Shown: in pieces, positions 51,680 to 64,000 of the stretch
Numbering within the stretch: position 1 is the stretch's first letter
How the letters are laid out: each line of letters begins with the position of its first letter
Assembly (NCBI RefSeq): GCF_006345805.1
Contig: NC_042998.1
Location: 128,650,001 to 128,714,000 of the forward strand
Reading direction: 5' to 3'
DNA: 64,000 nt
Origin: Octopus sinensis
Taxonomy: Eukaryota
Notes under the pieces: model-generated
What the model was told of the DNA's origin: nothing
The model's database searches: none
Seen by the model: the letters and a program-made list of their open reading frames with translations, nothing else
Program-made: the position numbers and the translations under genes

Positions 51680-53130
51680 GTGATGGATTTGCACCATTGT
51701 TGAAACAAACTCTCAAATCCTTTTTCTAAAAATTCAGGTGTGCACTGTTGTACCTACTTCTTCCCTGCCATTTTCACCTCATCTGTGTTATCAAGTATTT
51801 GTCCTTGAAGCCAGTCATTCATTGAATTAAACGAGTGGAACTTTAAGAACATTATATCTGGGCTGTATAGTGAATGGGTGGCCACTGACCAGTCCAAGTT
51901 ACTGATTGTTGAATTTTGTTGTTGAAGCAATTATTTTCATATTTTTGTTTTGTCTCATCCTCTAAATGGCTTCTCTAAGCTTTTCAGGTGCCTCAATGTA
52001 CAACTCATTGTTCACAGAGTTACCATGTTCCAGAAAATCAAGATGAATGAATTACCCTTGTAATCCCAAAACACAGTTATCATAACCTTGTGTGCTTATC
52101 ACTGGCTCTTGAACTTCTTAGGCCTTGGTGAATAAGTGTGGTGCCATTCCATGGAATAAGCTTTTGTTGGATGGTTTGACTGGGATGGCATGCTGGAAAG
52201 CTGTGCCAAGCTCCAGTCTCATTTGGCATGATTTTCTATGGCTGGATGCCCTTCCTAACGCCAACCACTCCGAGAGTGTAATTGGTGCTTTTACATGCCA
52301 CTAGTACAGGTGCCATTTGTGTGACACTGATACCTTCTATGACTGCGATTTTGCTCAGCTTGATGGGTCTTCTTCTCAAGCACAACATAATGCCAAAGGT
52401 CTTGGTCATTGCCTCCATGAGGCCCAACACTCGAAAGGAGCTTGGCCACTTTGCCTCCATGAAGTCCAACGCTTGAAAGGAACTCAGCTACCTTGCTTCC
52501 ATGAGGCCTGCTCGAAAGGAACTCAGCCACTTTGCCTCTGTGAGGCCCAACAGTCGAAAGGAACTCAGTCACTTTGCCCCCATCAGGCCCAACACTTGAA
52601 AGGAACTCAGTCACTTTGCCCCCATCAGGCCCAATGCTCAAAGATTATAAAAATTATCCATGTTTTATCTCTCAGTCTCCAGATGGGTAAAAAATGTGTC
52701 TTCATTGACTTCAAATGCTTTTAGCAGATCTGAGCAGATTTCCACCCTCTTTCAAATTGGGTGTTAATTGTCTAGGCACCCATTTTGCACACACTTTCTG
52801 ATACCCAAAAGTCTTCCATCATCTTCTGCAATGCATTATGACCACATTCCAGCTGTGTAGCAATCTCATGGATTGTGACTCATACATCCACGCAAATTGA
52901 TTTTCCACTTGCTGGTGATGCACATTGGTATTCACAGTTGAAAGCCTCTCATTGTATAGTTTGTCTTCAAAGCCATTTTCTCCATTCTTAAGCTTCATCC
53001 ATCTGTGCTAATTGTTCTTGTCATCTGTGATGTCATCTCTGTAAAAAACACGTAGCCTTCTGCAGATGTCAGACAGCCTGCACCACTCCTTCATCAACAA
53101 CTCAAAGACAACACATTGTTCCGACATGAA
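51680..53130 (-). mobile_element. Degenerate mariner transposase relic, interrupted by an RTE 3' fragment with 42-bp tandem repeats (52170-52640)
   Basis: EWHHTYSPRPKKFK..KVMITVFWDYKG and HSLYSPDI..FH.FNSM..WLQG..DEVK..FLEKGFESLFQQWCK. Confidence 0.75.
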
Positions 53131-54062
53131 GCCTATGATTTACCTACCTATAGTGATTTACCTATCACTATACCAACATCACCATCATTTAGTGTCCATC
53201 TTCCATACTGGCATGAGACAAATGGTTTGATAGGAGTTGGCCTGCCATAGAGCTAGCTGCTCAGGTTCCAATTGCCTGTTTTGATATGGTTTCTATGGTT
53301 GCATACTCTTCCTATGCACACCACTTTAAACGGTGTACTGTGTAGTTTTCACATGGCACCAAATTTAAACAAACTATGTCAGTTAATAAAATTATACCCA
53401 CTTTTACATTACTTCGGAGATAACTCTCTCTCTCTCTCCTTCTCTCCATCCCCACACAATTTAGGTTACATGGTTGTTTAAGCATATATAGTTATAGAAT
53501 TATTTGTTAAAGGATGCAAATATTTGCATAAATATTTTGAATAAGTGTTTTACAGCTGAGTACCTTTCCTATAATGAACTACACCCATATTTAGCAAGGC
53601 TAGTTGAAGTGTAGACACTTGCTATTAGCTTTGAACTTATCATGATCAGATTAATAGTTGTGTGCCAAATGGACAGAAAACAAAATAATATCTCTTTTTC
53701 TTAAGTGTAATTTTTATAGTTAATTTCACTTTTGTATAAGTATAAAAACTATAATAATTGTTAGTCTCTTGCACAATAAAATTGACAATCTAATCATCAA
53801 AAAGTGCTGTGAAATATTCACTCTCCTTTGCATTCAACACGAACATAAATTCATTTGAGATTCCCTCATTGTACAAATGTATATCAATTGATGAGTATTG
53901 ACTTCTTAATGAAACATCAATTGATGACGTCAGTCATTTAAAGATTAAGGTCTATTGACATCATGTAAGTATGTTACGTATATTTCATATATAAATGAAT
54001 TACTTACCCCCAACAAATGTTTGAACATTTTCCCTCTCTTACACTTTCTCTATCTCTCTCCT

Positions 54063-54143
<81 letters not shown>

Positions 54144-54258
54144 CTACTTTACTGCTAGTAGAGAAAGGGACTTCATCCTATATTCCTTTTCTGTAGAGAA
54201 AGGGACTTCATCCTATATTGCTAGTAGTATATATATATATTATATATATATATACAAA

Positions 54259-55469
54259 CAAGGGTCAGCTGAAAAGTTCATAGGCTGACCAAAATACTTT
54301 CATGGAAAGTGACCAAATGAGGTTTATCTTTCCACATAGTCCCCCTTGGGGTCCACACACTTCTTCCCATCGGTGAAGTTTTCATCCTGTTCATCAAAAG
54401 AGTCATCATCAGCAGATATTACATCATCATCACTGTGATACCAGTTCCCAGCCATGTGGTTTTTTCATGTTAGGGAACAGATAATAGTCAGATGGGGCCA
54501 AATCAAGAGAAAAGGGAGAGCGATCAACTGGTTCAAAACCACAGTCACACACAGCAGCTTTTGACAGCAAGGACTTGTGTGCTGGAGCATTGTTCTGATG
54601 AAACAAGAGCCCTTTTGTCTGTTTTCCTGGGCATTTGGTCTTGATAGCCTTTTATAATTGCCTCAGCAAGTTGGCATAGTACTCTCCATTTATGGGGTGG
54701 CACTTTTGAAGATATCCAATAAACACAATGCCTTTTGCGTCTACAAAGACTGAGACCATCACCTTCCCTGCAGATGAAACGACCTTGGCTTTCTTTGGAG
54801 CATGTAATGAGGGGTGTTTCCACTGCTTGGATTGCCTCCTTTTCTCTGGCTCAAAGAGATGAAACCGACACTCAACCTGGATTAGGAAACATTCATGGAA
54901 ACCAACTGGATCTACCTTAAACAATCTCAGATTTTTCTGTGATGTGATCAGCTTGGTGCACTTTTGATCAGGTGTCAAAAGACGTGGCACCCACTGAACA
55001 GAAGCCTTCATCATATCAAGTTCATTGTGCAAAAGATTCTTAACTCTTACATTGTCATCCATCACCATGTGGAGTACATGATCAATACTTACCTCAGTGA
55101 TGGCAGTTGCAGGAAGTTTAGACCTTGGATCATTTTGAAGATTCTCCCTTCCCCTCCTAAATTCAGCGACCTACTTTTGCACTGTTCATAAAGCTAGAGC
55201 ATCATCTCCTAATGTGGCAAACATGTCAGCATGAATGTCATTGGGTGCTAAATCTTTTTTCTGCAGGTATGATGCTAAGTTTTGTCCATTTTCAAGAGAA
55301 GTCACTACTAGTTACATTTGAAGTCTTGTTTGAACAGTCAGATGTTAGTTTACCTGGAAAGAAACACTGCATTTATTAATAAGAAGAGCTGAAATTAATG
55401 CATGCAAAATTTCACAGCTCTTGTATCACTGATTCATAGTTAGCCTATGAACATTTTAGCCCATCCTCA
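54259..55469 (-). mobile_element. Near full-length degenerate mariner with both TIRs
   Basis: WVPRLLTPDQK...FEPEKRRQSKQWKH..PKKAKVVSSAGKVMVSVFVDAKGIVFI..INGEYYANLL. TIRs caagggtcagctgaaaagttcataggctgac / gttagcctatgaacattttagcccatcctca. Confidence 0.9.
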
Positions 55470-55729
55470 TAGACAGAGACACTTGACAGATAGACAGACA
55501 GACAGATAGAGTGTCAGGTAGGATAGATGTTATTTTTTTAAAATTTATATTTTGCAATTTCAGAAATGTGTTGGTCATTGACATAGAAATGAAGTGTCCT
55601 TATTAGATTTCAAACCACATCAGTCAGGTTGAGTCACATGTTAATTTTAGAGAAACAAAGTGAAACTGTAAAACTCAAGGAAATTATTGATGGCTAATGT
55701 TAGCAAATAATTCTTTTTACAATAGACAC

Positions 55730-56380
55730 ACAGTCAGCAATTTTCAGGGGAGGAGACAGCTGATATCATCAATGCTAGTATTTGACTGGTGCTTTATTTC
55801 ATTGACCCTGAAAGAATGAAAGGCAATTTTGATAAAAGGTGGGATTTGAACACAGAATGTAAAAAGCTGGAGGAAATTTCACAAAGCACTTTTTTCAGTG
55901 CTCTAATGATTCTGCCTATCCACTCCCCTCTGGTTTCTAATCTAGGTTCAAGTTTAGCAATTTTGAAGGCAGAGAATTAGCTGACACCATTAACCCTTAT
56001 ATTTGACTGGTATTTTATTTTATTGACCTCAGAGGGATGACAAGCAAAGTTTATCTTGGCGGGGTTTGAACTCAGAATATAGAGAGCCTGAACAGTTATT
56101 GCAAAGCGCTTTTCTCCAGTGCTTCAAAAATTCTGCCAGCTAGTCATCTATGTGTGAGCAAATGATCCTTTCTATTATAGGCACAATGCCTGAAATTTGG
56201 GGGTGGGGATAGTCAGTTACATCTACCCCAGTACTCAGCTGGTACTTAATTTATCGACCCCGAAAGGATGAAAGGTAAAGTTGACCTCGGGGGAATTTGA
56301 ACTCAGAACATAGCAACAGGCGAAATACCGCTAAGCATTTTGTCCTTTGTGATAACAATTCTGCCAGCTCGCTGCCTTTG
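55730..56380 (-). mobile_element. Three tandem Meta-domain SINE copies of different divergence
   Basis: ctggtactta.tt.at.gaccc.gaaaggatgaaagg.aaagttgacctcgg..g.atttgaactcagaa occurs three times. Confidence 0.75.
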
Positions 56381-56583
56381 TGTTAGCAAATAATAATTAC
56401 AAAAAAGACTGCAGAATTATTTTGCTGTGAAGAAGAGTTGTCTAAGGGTTTAGGCAAGAGTCTTCATCAGATACAAATGAATTATTTGTTGATGATAAGT
56501 GTATCATTTAGGGCAAGATTTTGTATCAGGAGAAAGAAAATTAAAATGTTTACTGTTAAAAATTCTTAAGCTCCAGTCTAGAT

Positions 56584-56890
56584 CAGCATTTCTCACCTGG
56601 GGTTCCGAGGGGTTCTGTGAAAAAGTGTGAGATAAGCTAATGCTAATTTCATGATTGTAATATGACTATACATGCACAACATATTATTGGTTATTGTAAT
56701 ATTGTAATATAGACATCATCCTATCTAAACTATTATGTTATCAAAAAACATAACAAATATATATGATATTTAACCTATGATGAAAAAAATATGAGAAAGA
56801 TATGGTATATAATTTTTTTGTGCAGGGGTCCCTTGAGACATGTAATTTATTTTAAGGGTTACGCGAGGGTAAAAAGTTTGAGAAACACTG
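56584..56890. mobile_element. hAT (Charlie-like) MITE
   Basis: cagcatttctca ... tttgagaaacactg. Flanks gtctagat / gcttagac resemble a decayed NTCTAGAN-type TSD. Confidence 0.6.
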
Positions 56891-57404
56891 GCTTAGACTC
56901 TTCATCAGATAAAACAAGATGATATATTTACTGATCTTTCATCTTCTGTCTTTTATTTGATACAGTCATTAGACTATGGCCATACTGAGCACCGCCTTGA
57001 AGATTTTTAGTCAAATGAATCAATCCCAGTACTTTTTTTAAGCCTGGTGCTTATCCTATCACTCTCTTTTGCCAAACCGCTAAGTTGTGGGGTATGTAAA
57101 GACACCAACACTGATTGTCAAGCACTGGTGGGGGTACAAAAGCAGACACTAAGACACACATGTATATATATATATATATATGATGATAGATAAGGCTGGT
57201 TTATGGGATTACCTTGGGTTTCATGTCCATAAATCGCTTAGCTTTACAATGTATCATTAGACCTCAAAACCTGTTGGCACAGGTTTTGGGGTCTAATGCC
57301 ACATATTAGAGGAGGCTCTCAATAATAACAGTGTAGTGAAATGGTAGTGCCCCAGCATGGCCACAGCTCTGAGCTGAAACTAGAATATATATATATATAT
57401 CACA

Positions 57405-57812
<408 letters not shown>

Positions 57813-58012
57813 TATATATATATTTTATAATTTTTGTAATTTTTATAATTTTTTTTTATATATATATATACATATATTTTTGAGCTCATTTTTTGTTTAT
57901 CGCTCGAAGATTGACCGTTATTTCTAAAGGGCCAATCAAACAAGTCCATTTTTTTAAAGGTGTAGCGTTTGTAAGAGTCTGGATTGAATTGATATATCGG
58001 TTCCATTCTAGC

Positions 58013-58060
58013 AAAAACTGTCTGATGAACGGCAACGAGAAACTCAGTGTAACAGATTTT
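58013..58060 (+). ncRNA. Minimal type I hammerhead ribozyme motif
   Basis: aaaaaCTGT-CTGATGA-aCG-GCAA-CGa-GAAA-C-TCAGT-GTA-ACAGatttt. Stem I pairs 8 of 9, GNRA-capped mini stem II (A.A mismatch at its base), GUA cleavage triplet; AATAAA then (TA)n downstream. Confidence 0.75.
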
Positions 58061-58789
58061 GTTGAATTTTCTGCTGCTTTAAATAAAGTATATATATATG
58101 ACAGGCTTCTTTCAGGTTCTATCTACCAAATGCATTCACAAGGCTTTAGTCTGTCTGAGGTTATAGTAGAAGATACTTTCTCAATATGCCACACAGTGGG
58201 ACTGAACATATGGTTGGGAAGCAGGCTTCTTACCACACAGCCAATAAACAAATAAATGATAGTAAACATTTCGTCTCTCTCTGAAAAATGGCTCCACCTA
58301 AAATGTTAGACTTTTTTCTCTTTCCTTGACAATATAATTTGATTTGCCTACATTTAGTATTTGAAAAAGACACCATAACTTTTCTGTTATGAATAATCAC
58401 CTCTCATCTGCATAGGGCCATAGAGATTCGAAATTAATCTGGAGACAAATATTGGCACAATGGATCTTTGAATATGCAAAGAATATTTTAAGGTCTTTCC
58501 GCCCTCCATATTTCCAAGGCCAATCCCATATCTCCTCTATTAATTATTTGCAATGACCTGCCTGTCTGTTTCATGCTAATAATATTACAGCCCCACATTC
58601 TAGGTCACAGACGCATATGCATACACACACACACACACATACAGACTCATACATAGTCAAGTACACATTGGCATATAACACTCCCACACATACAAATACA
58701 TGTGTGTGTAATTACATCTCTCTCTCTCTCTCTCTCTATACATATATATATCTGTATATATGCTTGTGTGTGTGTATTCGACAGGTTTC

Positions 58790-59279
58790 TTCCAGTTTCA
58801 CCATACCAAATCCAACTAGCAGAGATGCTTGGATTTGATCATTCAACCAGTCATTCAAGTCAGTGCTAGGAGAAAAGCAACCAAATTTGGTTTCAAGATG
58901 AAGGGTGCTCTTCCGTCAAAGTTATGCTCGGCCACATACAGCGAGGATGACATTCAAAAGACTGGAACAGTTTTAATGGGAAACGATGTTCCTCCCACCA
59001 TATTCACCAGAAATTCCCATCAGATAATCCCATCTGATTATCATTTATTCCTCAGTCTCCATAATCATTTGGACAGAAAAGATATGAATTCTGTAGACAA
59101 GGCGCAGGAGTGGCTGTGTGGTAAGTAGCTTGCTAATCAACCACATGGTTCCGGGTTCATTCCCACTGAGTGGCATCTTGAGCAAGTGTCTTCTACTATA
59201 GCCTCGGGCTGACCAAAGCCTTGTGAGTGGATTTGGTAGATGGAAACTGAAAGAAGCCCGTCGTATATATGTATATATG

Positions 59280-59312
<33 letters not shown>

Positions 59313-59709
59313 GTTTGTCCCCACAACATCGCTTGACAACCGATGCTGGTGTGCTTGCGTCTCCGTAACTTAGCGGTTTGGCAAAAGAGACTGATAGAGT
59401 AAGTACTAGGCTTACAAAGAATAAGTCCTGGGATCGATTTGGTCGACTAAAGGTAGTGTTCCAGCACGGCCGCAGTCAAATGACTGAAACAAGTAAAAAA
59501 AAAAAAGGTCAGAACAGCACTGGAGGAGTATTTTTCATTATGGACAAGTGAATTTTGGAAGAGGGGCCTTGCAAGTCTACCAGATGGAAGAGTATTGTAG
59601 AAAATGAAGGAGAGTATATTTTAGATTATAAAAGAACTTTGTTTGTCTTAATTCTGAAAAATAAAAGAAGTATGAAAAAGCCTGCATTATTTATGGGATG
59701 ACCCAATAT
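58790..59709 (+). mobile_element. Mariner 3' half interrupted by a SINE
   Basis: IIPSDYHLFLSLHNHLDRKDMNSVD | SINE | VRTALEEYF..FWKRGLASLP..KSIVENEGEYILD, then TIR gcattatttatgggatgacccaata. Confidence 0.8.
59101..59505 (+). mobile_element. Full-length CORE-type tRNA SINE (partial copies at 5915, 11020, 24190, 24930, 32290, 47570, 48530, 58100)
   Basis: ggcgcaggagtggctgtgtggtaag A-box, gggttcattccc B-box, cttgagcaagtgtcttctactatagcctcgg CORE-like block, internal (TA)n(TG)n, tail gcagtcaaatgactgaaacaagt(A)n. Confidence 0.85.
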
Positions 59710-59736
59710 ATATAAATAGAATATATATATATATAG

Positions 59737-60012
59737 GTTCCCTCCACAGTTAGAGATTGGCACTTCTTCACACAGCTGTACTTGTCCATATGCATGACAT
59801 GACCATACCAGTGCAGTGGTCTCTCTTGCACACCACATTTGATGCCTCTTATGCTTAACTTTTCTCTCAAGGTTCTTACACTCTGTCATGCATGCACGCT
59901 GACATTGCATATCCAGAAAAACATACTGGCTTCATTTCTTTCAAGCCTACACATGTCCTTGGCTGTCACAACCCATGTTTCACTGCCATGCAACATAGCT
60001 GCTAACACACAG
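59737..60012 (-). mobile_element. RTE RT C-terminal fragment
   Basis: Reverse complement matches 30750-31010 and 62330-62610 (LHGSETW..LERNEASM..WYGHV). Confidence 0.8.
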
Positions 60013-60049
60013 GCAGCAGATAATCTGCCTCTAAGTGCTGGTTGTTACA

Positions 60050-60660
60050 AGAAAGACGCGTTTTCCAACTAGGCATGCTGTTCTTAATTAGTACACACAC
60101 ATTCTCAGCTATTCCACATATGTCGAGTGTTTCCGAATATTATCATTATTATTACTATTATTATTATTTCTTTTTAACTCTGGTTTTGTTGGAACTCCTG
60201 GAGTCTTGCATTCATAGCAGGATTGCTGCCTGCAGCCTACAGTATCATGCTATCTGTTCTTTTCAACTATTTAATACATTCCTGATTATTCTGACCATGC
60301 CAACAAGGCAAATCTTTTGTAACAGTTCTACTGGGCACTCTATTCCAATTTCCTTTATATTCCTCTTGATGCCTTCTGGTACTGTTCCCAAGGACTGAAC
60401 AGTAATTGGCACTATCTTCACTTTCTTTATTTACCATAGCTAGGATATTTTGTATTTAAGAAGGTTGTATTTATCTATTTTTTTGCCTACCTTCTTGATT
60501 ATTCATGGGTCAAAGGGGTATGCAACATCAACTATATAGCAAATGTGGTGCATCTTGTCGACCACCACTAGGTCTGGTCTGTTTGGACTGAGAAATCCCG
60601 AAAGATTTTGCAAGTCCACATCTTCACCACTCTCTGTGGTTTGTGCTCATACTGCATCTT
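60050..60660 (-). mobile_element. R4/Dong-like LINE 3' end (RLE domain) with (TAA)n tail
   Basis: NRPDLVVVDK..CYIVDVAYPFD...KIDKY..LKYKI..LW..KVKIVPITV.SLGTVP..LLQKICLVG..RIIRNVL, then 3' UTR and (TAA)n. Confidence 0.8.
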
Positions 60661-60838
60661 GCCTCTCTCTAGCCCCCACTTTTTGCATTATTATTATTAT
60701 TAATTTTATGCTACAACTATACCTTTTACCTGCCTGTGTACTGTATCCTGTTATATTGCATTTCTTTTATCTTACTCCCAGTATTCTATTTCTAACCATT
60801 TTTCTATTGTTTCAATTACCTTTATAATTACTATATGA

Positions 60839-60911
<73 letters not shown>

Positions 60912-61621
60912 ACTAATTTTAATGATTTATATGAAACTTTTATCAGTTCCATTTTTATTAGTATCCAAATTCCTTCATTATGACTCCCCACATTTTTTTT
61001 TTATTATAACCCCTGTTTTCTACATGAATTGTTTTATCCCTTTCAATCTCTCTCTTATTATTATCCCTTTGCTTTCATATAATGGTGTTATGGTATGCTA
61101 TTAATGGTATACTTCCTTACCTATCTGTTAACAAGATGAATACCATCCTCATTTCCCTCTTTCTCCCTCTTTCTCCCTCTCCACCCTATAGCCGAAGTCT
61201 GGTATTTATGCCTCCATCAAACATACTCTTAGTAATAAAGCTGGCATAAAGGGAACCTTAAATAGATGTATTTATAAATCATTGTGAATCTTATCTTTTG
61301 CCTTTGATCCCATATCTCAAGTTAAATTGTATCTTAAGATAAAAGGAAGTACCTCTTTCTTAATTGTGGAGAGGAGACATTCGGCTGTCTCTTTTCTCTC
61401 TCCACCTACCTTGCCAACTAACCCCCTTCTAGACTATAAATCTTAAATATACCTCTCCAACATATGTCGTAGAGATGTCCCCCTCCTACAAAACCACTTG
61501 AATTTGGTTTATTTTGATTTGGCAAACTCATTTTGTGACCAGCATCGATCATGGAATCACTGAATATGCACATGCCAAGGATTTGAAATTTTTTAAATGT
61601 CCTTAAATGTATAATTTGTGT

Positions 61622-61704
61622 ATTCATATGAAGAAAATAATTTTTTTATAATGATATAATATACTCATTAATCAATTAAAAAATTGGAAACAGCCGTAAT
61701 GAAT
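61622..61704 (+). ncRNA. Degenerate type I hammerhead motif
   Basis: ATTCAT-aTGAAGA-(taatttttt..aaaaaattg)-GAAA-C-AGCC-GTA-ATGAAT. Perfect 6-bp stem I; the first core C is replaced by A. Confidence 0.5.
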
Positions 61705-62000
61705 TGATACCTATCCATCATTTGTTATTTATTTATGATTCACCTCTCTCAGAACCTGCCCCTCACATGTTCTGAAGTATATTATGAACTGTATATTTGA
61801 TAAAATGTGCATTTCAGAATTAGCCCAAGGGCTGATGGTGTACTAAGTTGGGTTCAATTAATTGCATACATAACCTGAATAACCTTCTGCTAGTACTTCT
61901 GTACCAATGTTGTTATTTGTCTATAATTGATGTGTATGCATTTTAATTTTGACCCAACCTGGTGCCTTGCCATATAAATACCTTATTCACTGGAATCGTA

Positions 62001-62032
<32 letters not shown>

Positions 62033-62034
<2 letters not shown>

Positions 62035-63045
62035 ACAGGAAGAGCAATATCAGAAGAAGGCTAACAGGGAAAATAGTTTTTGTTTGTGGAATATGCACAG
62101 GTACAATAAACACCAAAAATGTACAGAAAATAAACTCCATCAACTGCAAGTGGGGTAAGCGAGAGGTAGTAGGTAGCTTTTGTTATCTGGGTGACCAAGC
62201 TAGTAGTGGAGGTGAATGCTCCGAGAGTATAGCTGTGAAAATAAGAATATGCAAGGCAGAGTTCAGAGAGCTCCTACCTCTGCTGGCAACAAAGGGCCTC
62301 TCCTTCAGAAAGAAAGCACATTGTATGATGCTTGTGTGTGAACAGCTATGCTACATGGCAGTGAAACAGGTTGTGACAGCTGAGGATATGTGTAGGCTTG
62401 AAAGAAATGAAGGCAGTATATTTCATTGGATGTGCAATGTCAGTGTACATGTATGACAGAGTGTAAGAACCTTGAGAGAAAAGTTAGGCATAAGAGGCAT
62501 CAGATGTGGTGTACAAGAGAAACAACTGTGTTGGTATAGTCATGTAATGCATATGTACAAGTACACCTGTGTAAAGAAGTGCCAATCTCCAGCTGTGGAG
62601 GTAACCTATGGTAGAGGTGGATCCAGGAAGACATGGGACGAGGTGGTGAAGCACGATCTTCAAACATTGAGCTTCACAGAGGCAATGACTAGTGACCAAA
62701 ACCTTTGGCGATATGCTGTGCTTGAGAAGACCTGTCAAGCCAAGTAAAATCATGGTCATGGCCGATGCTGGTGTCATGTAACTGGCACCTGTGCTGGAGG
62801 CACGTAAAAAACACCTTTTGAGTGTTTTCAGCCCTACAGAGGCAATGATGAATGATCAAGACCTTTGGCATTATGCCATGCTTGAGAAGAAGACTCATCA
62901 AGCCAAGTAAAATCATAGTCGTGATAGATACTGGTGTCAAGCAAATGGCACCCATGCTGGTGGAATGTAAAAGCACCCATTACACTTTTGGAGTGGTTGG
63001 CATTATGAGAGGTATCAAGCCATAGAAACCATGCCAAATGAATCA
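62033..63045 (+). mobile_element. 5'-truncated RTE LINE with Cys-pair insert and duplicated 3' segment
   Basis: SNIRRRLTGKIVFVCGICTG..EVVGSFCYLGDQASSGGECSESI..FRELLPLL..LERNEGS..RGGSRKTWDEVVKHDL. Segment 62675-62780 is repeated at 62835-62955. Confidence 0.85.
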
Positions 63046-63062
63046 AGTACTACACCCAATCA

Positions 63063-63081
63063 TCTATATATATATAACTCA

Positions 63082-63114
<33 letters not shown>

Positions 63115-63690
63115 TAAACCTGAATAACTTCTGAAGTTCACAACTGATTTTCTTCAAATTGGGAATATACATTACTTATGTTCCAGAGATGGTATTCTGA
63201 GCTGTCTGTGATGCTGTATTTTCAAGAAAGAATTCATATTTCAAAACTGTTCAAATTTTCGACTTATCTATCTCTAAACAAAAATAGCAAAAAAGGATTT
63301 ATAAATACTTTATAAAGCACAAAATGAGTTACAATAAAGAAATAGATGTGTCAGCTTTCTAACAAAAAATAAAATTTGCCAAAATATAATAATGGCGCAA
63401 AATGAGCAGCTGTCAAAATGTACCATATATCTCACTACAAATTTCATACCTGACGACCTTATACATCATATTTCTCGACGTAATGACTCCAAAGAAGAAA
63501 TCCTCCATTGGCTGAAAAACAGCTGTAGCAGAAAAATTAAAAAGAAGAAGAGCAAATGAATCATCAAATAAGACTTCAATTAGACAATCACAAAATACTG
63601 CATGCACAGCTACTGCAAGAGCAACTAAAAGCAATGAGCAGTGTAGTATTTGCCTGGCCAGGAATGCTGCATTAACAGCTTCAACCAATC
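63063..63690 (+). mobile_element. Helitron 5' end with decayed N-terminal ORF
   Basis: A|TCTATATATAT start, (TG)n, aacttctgaagttcacaactgattttcttcaaatt block. ORF from 63483, MTPKKKSSIG*KTAVAEKLKRRRANES..RQSQN..TATARA..EQ, resembles basic Helitron Rep-Hel N-termini. Confidence 0.6.
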
Positions 63691-64000
63691 CCACCCCCAC
63701 TTACCATGTTGTTTCTTTCATGTAGATTTCTCTCATGTGGTACTTTTGAGTGTGCCCACAGGCTTAATTTATCACATAGATGTAGTTCCCTTGTTGATTG
63801 TTCAGTATGGTAGTGGTAGCACTGACAGCTGCAAAGGAGAGTATATCCACTGAGAGCTTTTTGGTGCATTCGAAAATCACATATCCTGCCTCCCACATCA
63901 CCATGACAAGGTTAGGGTCTGGAATCTTCCAAACAGAAGCATGACATGTTGCTTAGTTGAATTACCCCTTCATATACTCCGCAAATGTTTTGTCATCGAT

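Noticed and set aside
52291-52724. GPDGGKVTEFLSSV repeat ORF
   Set aside because: 42-bp tandem duplication inside an RTE 3' fragment nested in a mariner.
54158-54218. 27-bp direct duplication (similarly ~30 bp at 44598-44660)
   Set aside because: Simple local tandem duplications with no further structure.
56455-56915. Further CTGATGA words (also ~40081 and ~54595) as hammerheads
   Set aside because: No correctly placed stem II, GAAA and UH elements.
59101-59170. tRNA gene
   Set aside because: A/B boxes are present but continue into SINE body sequence and no complete cloverleaf is evident; the same applies to the other SINE heads.

Overview
AT-rich eukaryotic DNA that is almost entirely intronic/intergenic and saturated with microsatellites and decayed transposable elements. 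The SINE/LINE types and (TA)n/(CA)n/(TACA)n density suggest a coleoid cephalopod such as Octopus (inference). The only host coding sequence I can support is the first two coding exons of a minus-strand ferlin-type (myoferlin/dysferlin-like) C2A domain (17013-17109, 15690-15745). They sit in a CpG-retaining zone (~14.5-20 kb) that may be a bidirectional promoter. The rest is mariner relics, RTE, CR1, R4/Dong and Penelope-like fragments, tRNA-derived SINEs, MITEs with visible TIRs/TSDs, and Helitron/Helentron-type elements. The most notable signal is a microsatellite-embedded repeat group carrying minimal type I hammerhead-ribozyme motifs (four motifs, one nearly intact), plus related copies folded into long palindromes. 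Also notable are a twin-priming-type inverted RTE insertion and a possible premature-stop exon in the ferlin gene. I found no prokaryote-type system. All calls come from reading the sequence by eye, with no database searches; TE boundaries without TIRs/TSDs are approximate.
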